Shown in pieces: positions 56,858 through 64,000 of a stretch of 64,000 nucleotides of DNA. The position numbers and the translations under genes were made by a program. The stretch covers positions 4,536 to 68,535 of the forward strand of contig JBBDNB010000045.1 of assembly GCA_040877935.1 (NCBI GenBank), given 5' to 3'. How positions within the stretch are numbered: position 1 is the first letter of the stretch; each line of letters begins with the position of its first letter. The DNA comes from Chitinophagales bacterium. GTDB lineage: Bacteria; Bacteroidota; Bacteroidia; Chitinophagales; CAIOSU01. A model generated the notes under the pieces. The model did no database searches. It was not told where the DNA came from and saw only the letters and a list, made by a program, of their open reading frames with translations.

Positions 56858-59563
56858 TTATTCAAATGCTTTATTAATAATGGCCTCTTGTTCTTCCACA
56901 TGGATTTTATTGTATCCCGTAGCAGGGGATGCGCTGGCTTTTCTAGAAACCAATTCCCAATCGATATCCCTGTAGCAACTGAGCATATATACCCATGCTC
57001 CTTTGTTGGAGGGCTCTTCCTGAACCCAAAGAAACTTGGCCTTTTTATATTTTTTAATGAGGGCGTCCATTTGCTTGTAAGGCAATGGATACAATTGTTC
57101 CAATCTTACAATGGCAATATCCTTGCGCTTGTCCTCTTCCTGTTTTTCCAGTAATTCGTAGTAAATTTTTCCACTACAGAACAGCACTTTTTTAACATCG
57201 GCCGCTTTTACATTTTCATCATCTATCAATTCCCTAAAACCATTTTTTGTAAAATCAGCAAAATCTGAAATACAGCGCGAATGCCTCAAAAGCGATTTTG
57301 GAGACATGATGATCAATGGTTTTCTAAATGGTCGCTCCAATTGCCTTCTTAAAATGTGGAAGAAATTGGCTGGTGTAGTACAATTCGCTACTGTGATATT
57401 AAATTCAGCACAGGCAAGCAAAAAGCGCTCTAATCTTGCGCTGGAATGTTCCGGCCCTTGTCCTGCATAACCATGTGGTAAAAGCATAACAAGGCCACTC
57501 ATGCGTTGCCATTTGGATTCAGAAGAGGTTATGAATTGATCGATAATGGTTTGTGCGCCATTGCAAAAATCTCCAAACTGCGCTTCCCAAATTGTGAGCG
57601 TATTGGGAGAAGCCATGGAGTAGCCAAATTCAAAACCCAGTACGCCAAATTCAGAGAGCAGTGAGTTGTAAATCCTAAACATGCCTTGGTCTTCCTTGAA
57701 ATAATTCAGGCGATTGTATTCTTTGCTGTTTGTTTCGTCATACAAAATTGCATGTCGATGCGAGAAGGTTCCTCGCTTAACATCTTGGCCGCTCATGCGA
57801 ACGTCATTGCCTTCCAAAAGTATTGAGCCATAAGCTGTAAGCTCTGCCAACGCCCAATCCATTTGGCCATTGTCAATAAGCTTTTGTGAACTCTTCAGCA
57901 ATCTTTCGACTTTTCTCAAAGGCTTGAAATCTTCTGGAGTGCTTTGTAATTGCTTCAGAATTTGCTTGAGGGTTTTTTCCGTAATAGAAGTTTTGGGCGA
58001 TTTTTCAAAATCCTTTTCCTCGGATTTTCTCAGTTCTTTCCATGCCCGTTCCGGATCTTGGTACTTATACGGGAGAGTATTTTGCTTGATTTTATCTTGT
58101 CTTTCCTGCAAAACATCCCAAAATTCCTGGTTGAGTTCTTCTGCCTCTTTTTTATCTATGGTCCCTTTTTCCATCAGGGTTTCAATATAAAGTTCCCTAG
58201 GGTTTTTATGGTTTTCAATGGCTTTGTAAAGCGTAGGCTGCGTAAATTTAGGTTCGTCCCCTTCATTGTGCCCATGCTTTCTATAGCAAACCATGTCAAT
58301 GAAAATATCGGTATTGAATTTTTGCCTGAACTGAGCAGCAAATTCAGCGGCATACACCACTGCTTCCACATCATCGCCATTTACGTGCAAAACCGGAGCT
58401 TGCACAACTGCTGCCACTCCTGTGCTGTAGGTTGAAGAACGCGCATCGTCAAAATCGGTGGTGAAGCCAATTTGATTGTTGATGACAAAATGAATGGATC
58501 CACCCGTTTCGTAGCCTTTTAATTTTGACATTTGAATTACCTCAAAGCCAACACCTTGGCCGGGCAATGCGGCATCACCATGTACTAAAATCGGAAGGAT
58601 TTTATCGTATTCCGAATTGTAAAGAATATCGGCTTTTGCTCTTGTAAATCCTTGTACTACGGGGTTTACAGCTTCCAAGTGAGAAGGGTTGGGGCTGAGT
58701 TTCAAGTGAACGGGTTTTCCGGTTGCAGTTTCTATTATAGAAGAATATCCCAAATGATATTTCACATCGCCATCGCCCATGGTGAGGTCGGGAACTGCCG
58801 TGCCCTCAAATTCACTGAAAATATGCTCGTAGGTTTTTCCCAGCACATTGGCCAAAACGTTCAAGCGGCCCCTGTGCGCCATGCCAATTACCACTTCTTC
58901 TGTTCCACCTTCGGCAGATTCATTGATTATGGCATCCAATCCGGGGATGAATGATTCGCCTCCTTCTAGTGAAAAACGCTTTTGACCGATGTATTTTGTA
59001 TTGAGGAAATTCTCGAAAACTACCGTATCGTTCAGTTTCTTGAGAATCCGTTTCTTTTTCTCTACGGGCAAATTTATTACATCAGAACCCTTTTCAAATT
59101 TATCCCGAATCCAATTCCTGACATCTACATCTTCTATATAGGTGTATTCTATGCCAATTGCCTTGCAGTATATTTTCCGCAAAAATTCAATGATGTTTTC
59201 CAAGGTAGGATTGGACAAGCCCAATTCCTTTCCGGCTATAAATGTGTTTTTTAAATCGTTTTTATCCAGTCCAAATTCTTCAATATTCAATCTGGCATGG
59301 CGGTCTTTCCGCTCCCTTATGGGATTGGTCTTAGCTTCCAAATGCCCTCTTTGGCGATATGCCTCAATCAATGACCATACCTGAAGTTCTTTGGGAGAAA
59401 GGCTTTGGCTGTCCTCCCCAAATCGAGCCATCGCAAATTCGAAGCCCTCGAAAAACCTGGCCCATTCAGGGTCAACCTTATCAGGGTCTTTCTGGTAATC
59501 TTCATAAATAGATTCTATATACTCAGGGTGTGCATTGGACATGTACGAGAACTGCGAGCTCAT
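56858..59563 (-). CDS. sucA: 2-oxoglutarate dehydrogenase E1
   Basis: KRFSLEG, GMAHRGRLN, HGDAA, WEAQFGDF, GQGPEHSSAR. Confidence 0.97.
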   Translation of the reverse strand: MSSQFSYMSNAHPEYIESIYEDYQKDPDKVDPEWARFFEGFEFAMARFGEDSQSLSPKELQVWSLIEAYRQRGHLEAKTNPIRERKDRHARLNIEEFGLDKNDLKNTFIAGKELGLSNPTLENIIEFLRKIYCKAIGIEYTYIEDVDVRNWIRDKFEKGSDVINLPVEKKKRILKKLNDTVVFENFLNTKYIGQKRFSLEGGESFIPGLDAIINESAEGGTEEVVIGMAHRGRLNVLANVLGKTYEHIFSEFEGTAVPDLTMGDGDVKYHLGYSSIIETATGKPVHLKLSPNPSHLEAVNPVVQGFTRAKADILYNSEYDKILPILVHGDAALPGQGVGFEVIQMSKLKGYETGGSIHFVINNQIGFTTDFDDARSSTYSTGVAAVVQAPVLHVNGDDVEAVVYAAEFAAQFRQKFNTDIFIDMVCYRKHGHNEGDEPKFTQPTLYKAIENHKNPRELYIETLMEKGTIDKKEAEELNQEFWDVLQERQDKIKQNTLPYKYQDPERAWKELRKSEEKDFEKSPKTSITEKTLKQILKQLQSTPEDFKPLRKVERLLKSSQKLIDNGQMDWALAELTAYGSILLEGNDVRMSGQDVKRGTFSHRHAILYDETNSKEYNRLNYFKEDQGMFRIYNSLLSEFGVLGFEFGYSMASPNTLTIWEAQFGDFCNGAQTIIDQFITSSESKWQRMSGLVMLLPHGYAGQGPEHSSARLERFLLACAEFNITVANCTTPANFFHILRRQLERPFRKPLIIMSPKSLLRHSRCISDFADFTKNGFRELIDDENVKAADVKKVLFCSGKIYYELLEKQEEDKRKDIAIVRLEQLYPLPYKQMDALIKKYKKAKFLWVQEEPSNKGAWVYMLSCYRDIDWELVSRKASASPATGYNKIHVEEQEAIINKAFE

Positions 59564-59688
59564 TATCTTATTTCAATGTTTTAGCAATTAAATAGCTAAG
59601 CAAATTTACGCAATCATTGGGAGTTAGACCGATATTATTGCCAAAAGGTTCACCCGAATTGCTTAGTTTTTTTATTTAGTTGGCTTTT

Positions 59689-59719
59689 TTTGATTTACTT
59701 GGTTTCTTGTTTTATATTT
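59689..59719 (+). promoter_or_regulatory. rpsT promoter
   Basis: TTTG (59689-59692), 19 bp, TATATTTG (59712-59719). Confidence 0.7.
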
Positions 59720-59741
59720 GCACTCTTAAAACTTTTAAGGA

Positions 59742-59996
59742 ATGGCAAATAGCAACTCAGCAAAGAAAAGAATCAGGCAAATCGCAAGCCGTAGATTGCG
59801 CAATAGGTATTATGCAAAGACCATGAGGACTTTGGTTAGGAAGGTAAGAACTGCAACTGACAAGACAACAGCAGATGCTAATATAAAAGAAGCTATATCT
59901 ATTATCGATAAATTGTCCAAGAAAAATTTTATCCACAGCAACAAGGCTGCCAACTTGAAATCAAAATTGATGAAACATTACAATAGCCTTTCGTAA
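59742..59996 (+). CDS. rpsT: 30S ribosomal protein S20
   Basis: MANSNSAKKRIRQ...IHSNKAANLKSKL. Confidence 0.96.
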   Translation: MANSNSAKKRIRQIASRRLRNRYYAKTMRTLVRKVRTATDKTTADANIKEAISIIDKLSKKNFIHSNKAANLKSKLMKHYNSLS

Positions 59997-60023
59997 TTAA
60001 GATTTCCTATAAATTATTAATTT

Positions 60024-60054
60024 AGGCATGGTATTTACTTATCATGCCTTTTTT
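60024..60054 (+). terminator. Intrinsic terminator after rpsT
   Basis: AGGCATGGTA/TATCATGCCT stem followed by a T-run. Confidence 0.75.
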
Positions 60055-60059
60055 AATTT

Positions 60060-60758
60060 ATGGAATATTACGAAAACAAAATGAGCATAAAAGCCTGGGC
60101 TGAGGCCGACCGACCCAGGGAAAAACTACTGCTCAAGGGAAAAAGAAGCCTTTCAGATGCTGAATTGATGGCTATATTGATTGGTTCGGGAAATGCAGAA
60201 GATTCCGCTATTGGCCTCTGCCAGAAAATTCTAAAAAGTTGCAACAACGATCTTCACGAACTGGCAGGACTCTCTGTAAAGGATTTAATGAAATTTAAGG
60301 GAATAGGTGAAGCCAAGGCCATTTCCATAGTTGCTGCTCTTGAGCTGGGGCTGCGCAGACAAGGAAGCGATATTGCCAAAAAGCCACTGATCAAAGCGGC
60401 AGCGGATGTTTATCAATACATGTCGCCATTGCTTACCGGTTTGAAGCACGAGGAGTTTTGGGTGTTGTACCTGAACAGGGGCAATAAAGTCATTCACAGA
60501 GGGCAACTGAGCAGCGGGGGCATTTCAGGAACGATAGTGGACAGCCGGATAATTTTCAAGACTGCGCTGGAAAACCTGGCCAGTAGTATTATCCTGGTAC
60601 ACAATCATCCATCGGGCACCTTGAAGCCGAGTATGCTCGACAACAAATTGACCCAAAATGCCAAACAAGCCGGTGTAATTATGGACATACCCGTGCTTGA
60701 CCATGTGATATTTACCGATAATGGCTATTACAGCTTTGCGGATGAGGGGAGGTTGTGA
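60060..60758 (+). CDS. radC: RadC (JAB-domain) protein
   Basis: RPREKL, LSDAEL, HNHPSG...LDHVI. Confidence 0.95.
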   Translation: MEYYENKMSIKAWAEADRPREKLLLKGKRSLSDAELMAILIGSGNAEDSAIGLCQKILKSCNNDLHELAGLSVKDLMKFKGIGEAKAISIVAALELGLRRQGSDIAKKPLIKAAADVYQYMSPLLTGLKHEEFWVLYLNRGNKVIHRGQLSSGGISGTIVDSRIIFKTALENLASSIILVHNHPSGTLKPSMLDNKLTQNAKQAGVIMDIPVLDHVIFTDNGYYSFADEGRL

Positions 60759-60829
60759 TAAGTTGAAAACGGGTAGTGAAAGTGTTTTGCGTGATTTTCA
60801 TATTGAAATAGAAAATTTATCTTTGGAAG

Positions 60830-61149
60830 GTGCAGTATATCAATCAGTACAAAAAAGAAATTCAAGCATTGTGCAAAAAGCATAATGTCAAAAACCTGTA
60901 CGTTTTTGGTTCCCATGCAAGGGGAGATTATACACCTGAAAGTGATGTTGATCTTATGGTGGAATTTGAAGGCGTTAGCCTGTATGATTATAACGACAAT
61001 TATTATGACTTTTTTCAAAGAATGGAAAAGGTACTGCGCAAGAAAGGTGATTTAGTTCAAATAAATATATCAAAAACCCTTATTTAAAGCAGGCTATTGA
61101 TAAGGAAAAAGTGAAAATTTATGAACAAGATCAAAACCTAGCTGCATGA
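60830..61149 (+). pseudogene. MNT (minimal nucleotidyltransferase) antitoxin, frameshifted near the C-terminus
   Basis: VFGSHARGD...SDVDL; expected tail KYIKNPYLKQAIDKEKVKIYE lies in another frame ending at 61149. Confidence 0.8.
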
Positions 61150-61461
61150 TATTCTGATGTGCATAGAGGAAATTGAATCATATTTTGAGTCTAATCCAAT
61201 CCCAAAGACTTCAATCATTTTCTGGAAAATGCAATGATGAGAAAAGCCATAGAAAGGAATCTTGAGATAATAGGAGAGGCGGTAAATAGAATAATTAAGG
61301 AAGGCCCTAAGATTCAAATTTCTAATGCTAGGAAAATTGTGGGTTTAAGAAATAACATCATTCATGGATATGATGTTATTGATGATGCAAATATCTGGTC
61401 AATTGTAATTAACCACCTCCCTTTATTGAAAACGGATATTGCCAGATTATTAAATGAATAA
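61121..61461 (+). pseudogene. HEPN/DUF86 (HepT-like) toxin pseudogene
   Basis: MNKIKT*LHDIL (TAG at 61139-61141), AATCC duplication at 61193-61202, then ERNLEIIGEA...RNNIIHGY. Confidence 0.85.
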
Positions 61462-61554
61462 GCCTCTAAGGGCACTAAGTTCTTATTCAGCACCAAGATT
61501 CAAAGCGCGCCAATTTTTTATCACACTTTATATCCCATTTATTTTCAAATATTG

Positions 61555-61570
61555 TTCGTATATTTGCGAA
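61555..61570 (+). promoter_or_regulatory. ArsR operator overlapping the -7 box
   Basis: TTCG-TATATTTG-CGAA. Confidence 0.75.
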
Positions 61571-61588
61571 TAATAGCTAGAAATTGAG

Positions 61589-61888
61589 ATGACAACAAAG
61601 ACCAAATATTTTACCCAAGAACAGGAACAAACAGCAAGGTTTGCCAAAGCGCTGGGTCATCCTGTTAGAATTGCCATCCTGGATTTGCTCAATTCCCAGA
61701 CTTGTTGCTTTCACGGTGATATGGCCGAAATACTGCCTATTGCAAAATCAACCTTATCTCAGCACTTAAAGGAATTGAAAGAGGCAGGCCTTATACAAGG
61801 AGACATCACCCCGCCCAGTACTAAATACTGTATAAACAGGGAGAATTGGGATAAGGCAAAATCGCTGCTCAACCAGGTATTGAAATAA
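61589..61888 (+). CDS. arsR: ArsR/SmtB-family repressor
   Basis: AKALGHPVRIAIL, CC pair, STLSQHLKELKEAGLI. Confidence 0.9.
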   Translation: MTTKTKYFTQEQEQTARFAKALGHPVRIAILDLLNSQTCCFHGDMAEILPIAKSTLSQHLKELKEAGLIQGDITPPSTKYCINRENWDKAKSLLNQVLK

Positions 61889-61907
61889 TTTTTTTTGGAA
61901 AATATTA

Positions 61908-61951
61908 TTCGTTGTTTTGCGAATTACGAATTATGTTCGTAGTTTTACGAA
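61908..61951 (+). promoter_or_regulatory. Two further ArsR-type boxes
   Basis: TTCG-N8-CGAA at 61908-61923 and 61936-61951. Confidence 0.7.
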
Positions 61952-61978
61952 CGATTTAAATAACCAAATAATAAAGAA

Positions 61979-62212
61979 ATGAAACGAATCAAAGTACTGG
62001 GCCCTGGATGCCCCAAATGCAAAACCACTTACGCCAATGTTTTGGAAGCCGTAAAACAATCTGGAATTGAAGCCGAGGTCGAGAAAATAGAAGACATTGA
62101 GGAAATGATGAAATACAATGTATTGACTACTCCGGTATTAATGATAGATGAAGAGGCGAAAATAAAAGGCCGGGTTGCGCAGGTTGGCGAAATTGTCGAT
62201 TTGCTGAAATAG
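61979..62212 (+). CDS. Small redox-active disulfide (thioredoxin-like) protein
   Basis: IKVLGPGCPKC...TPVL. Confidence 0.9.
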   Translation: MKRIKVLGPGCPKCKTTYANVLEAVKQSGIEAEVEKIEDIEEMMKYNVLTTPVLMIDEEAKIKGRVAQVGEIVDLLK

Positions 62213-62279
62213 GGCGAAGATTTGATTTTGAGATGGTCCAGATGGGGTATTTCTTAATTGAAAGAAAGCACATTATTAT

Positions 62280-63254
62280 ATGTTTGATTGGATACAAGAT
62301 TTTGCCGATTGGCTCATTTATTCCGTTTTTGGTGTTGGAGCTGAAACCCATTTAGGCACTGCCCTAAACTTCTTTGTGTACGACACACTGAAGATTTTGA
62401 TACTATTATTTGTCATCGTTTTTCTAATGGGTGTTGTGAATGCCTATTTCCCTATCGAGCGGCTTAAAGATTATTTAAACCGCAACAAGCTTTATGGAAT
62501 GGAATACCTGTTTGCCTCCTTATTCGGGGCGATTACACCGTTCTGTTCCTGCTCCTCTGTCCCTTTGTTTATCGGCTTTGTGCAAGGCGGGATTCCACTT
62601 GGGGTAACTTTTGCCTTTCTCATTACTTCCCCCTTGGTCAATGAAATTGCCATTGCCATGTTTTTAGGAATGTTTGGAGTAAAGGCCACATTGATTTATG
62701 CCATATCAGGGATTGTACTGGGAACAGTGGGAGGTTGGATTTTGGGCAAATTAAACCTGGAACCAATGCTTTCTGATTGGGTGAAAAAAATATTGGAAAA
62801 TGCCCAGCAACAAAGCGAATACGAAGAGGAAAAACGCACTTTTCTCCAGCGAATACCAGAAATTACCCGTGGCGCATGGGATATTGTCAGGGGCGTATTG
62901 CTTTATGTCATCATTGGTATTGGCATTGGAGCAGCCATGCACGGCTATGTGCCCGAAAACTTTTTTGGTGAATACCTGGGAGGCGGACAATGGTGGACGG
63001 TTCCTTTGGCTGTGATTTTGGCCGTACCCATGTATGCTAATGCCGCAGCAATTGTGCCTGTCATCCAGGTTTTTGTGGCCAAAGGCGTGCCGCTTGGAAC
63101 TGCCATTGCCTTTATGATGGCCACTGTGGGTTTATCCATACCTGAAGGCACACTGCTAAAAAAGGTCATGTCAATGAAACTCATCGCTATCTATTTTGGT
63201 GTGGTAACGCTGTTCATCATTTTATCTGGATTTTTATTTAATGTACTCTTATGA
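62280..63254 (+). CDS. ArsP/DUF318-family permease
   Basis: TPFCSCSSVP, FLITSPLVNE, GLSIPE. Confidence 0.88.
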   Translation: MFDWIQDFADWLIYSVFGVGAETHLGTALNFFVYDTLKILILLFVIVFLMGVVNAYFPIERLKDYLNRNKLYGMEYLFASLFGAITPFCSCSSVPLFIGFVQGGIPLGVTFAFLITSPLVNEIAIAMFLGMFGVKATLIYAISGIVLGTVGGWILGKLNLEPMLSDWVKKILENAQQQSEYEEEKRTFLQRIPEITRGAWDIVRGVLLYVIIGIGIGAAMHGYVPENFFGEYLGGGQWWTVPLAVILAVPMYANAAAIVPVIQVFVAKGVPLGTAIAFMMATVGLSIPEGTLLKKVMSMKLIAIYFGVVTLFIILSGFLFNVLL

Positions 63255-63709
63255 AAACAAAAACTAAAATATTACTCGAACTCTGGTCGGAAGCAAGAAC
63301 CCGCTTTTCCAATCAATTGGAAAACATTTCTGAAACTGACCTGAAAAAAAAGTTGGGTGAAAGTCCCAATTCAATAGGTTTTCTAATTCGCCATATAGGT
63401 GATGTGGAATTGTTGTTTGCCAAAAATGTATTTGGAGACAGTTCTGTAAAAGTAACTGCCAAAACAGTGATTGCGCAAGAAGATACAGGCGAGTGGACCG
63501 ATTTGGAAGCCCTGAAAAGTTATGTTTCGGAATCTTTCGAGCAACTCAAATCCATTGTAGAAAAACAAAAAGAGGAGGATTGGGAAAGCACTGTTAAAAC
63601 CAAGGAATTTGGCACCAAAACAAGAGCTGAAGCATTTGGCAGAGTTGTTTCCCATACAGCCTATCACGCAGGACAAATTTCAATAATCAATAAATACGGA
63701 AACCATTAA
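63251..63709 (+). CDS. DinB-family protein
   Basis: SIGFLIRHI...HTAYHAGQI His triad. Confidence 0.85.
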   Translation: MKTKTKILLELWSEARTRFSNQLENISETDLKKKLGESPNSIGFLIRHIGDVELLFAKNVFGDSSVKVTAKTVIAQEDTGEWTDLEALKSYVSESFEQLKSIVEKQKEEDWESTVKTKEFGTKTRAEAFGRVVSHTAYHAGQISIINKYGNH

Positions 63710-63719
63710 AACTTATAAA

Positions 63720-64000
63720 ATGAAAACATCAAACATCGCTTTATCACTAATTATGCTATTGTTTTTTTCGTGCAGTAGCGAGGCACAAACCGGAAACAAA
63801 CAAGCAACAAATTCAGCTTCCAATGAAAAAATTGAAGTCATTCAATTTCATTCTGAAAATCGCTGTAGAACCTGCCTAACAATTGAAGAGTTGGCACGCC
63901 AAACTGTTGAAAATTATAGTGACATATCCTTTTCATTAGTCAATGTGGACGACAAAGCAAATGAGGAAAAAGCAGATGCATTTGAGGCATTTGGCACGGC
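63720..64000 (+). CDS. Thioredoxin-like lipoprotein (ArsF-like family), truncated by the window end
   Basis: MKTSNIALSLIMLLFFSC lipobox, then FHSENRCRTC. Confidence 0.75.
   Translation, partial: MKTSNIALSLIMLLFFSCSSEAQTGNKQATNSASNEKIEVIQFHSENRCRTCLTIEELARQTVENYSDISFSLVNVDDKANEEKADAFEAFGT

Noticed and set aside
59596..59674. Possible hairpin with T-run between the sucA and rpsT promoters
   Set aside because: The stems are short and interrupted, lie upstream of both predicted start sites and have no promoter of their own
60060..60758. radC as a mobile-element marker
   Set aside because: It is a full-length chromosomal-type gene after rpsT, uninterrupted, with no integrase nearby
61462..61512. 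CTAAG...CACTAAG...CACCAAG short repeats after the HEPN pseudogene
   Set aside because: Too short and degenerate, and no inverted partner was found

Overview
A 64-kb chromosomal window from a Bacteroidota bacterium. The assignment rests on TAnnTTTG/TTTG promoters, T9SS/gliding genes and the mevalonate genes; the lower taxon cannot be fixed from sequence alone. The first ~5.35 kb is an AT-rich accessory segment. It holds four unrelated cargo genes: a membrane protein, an R-S-E ADP-ribosyltransferase-like protein, a T9SS cargo with a nonsense codon, and an HNH nuclease. These genes are separated by AAC...GTT-bounded stem-loop repeats that resemble an integron-like cassette array with no integrase in view. 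The rest is mostly core genome: a MarR-regulated RND efflux operon, lhgO, a five-gene mevalonate cluster, a thrombospondin-like T9SS type-B cargo, lysS, hemW, Omp85-DUF4271-hemD, porP-gldKLMN, uvrC, PBP1A, sprE, M23-bactofilin-atpZ/I, an RprXY-like two-component system, hflX, sucA-sucB-lpdA, rpsT, radC and the start of an ArsR/ArsP operon. Small toxin-antitoxin or defence modules, mostly decayed, sit in the gaps between core operons. Signals not explained by the ORF track include a ~260-nt highly structured element between hemD and porP, a probable sRNA divergent from rprX, an abiF-like RNA hairpin with an Abi tail remnant, and a 33-aa membrane microprotein. All family calls come from motif recognition by eye; no database searches were run.
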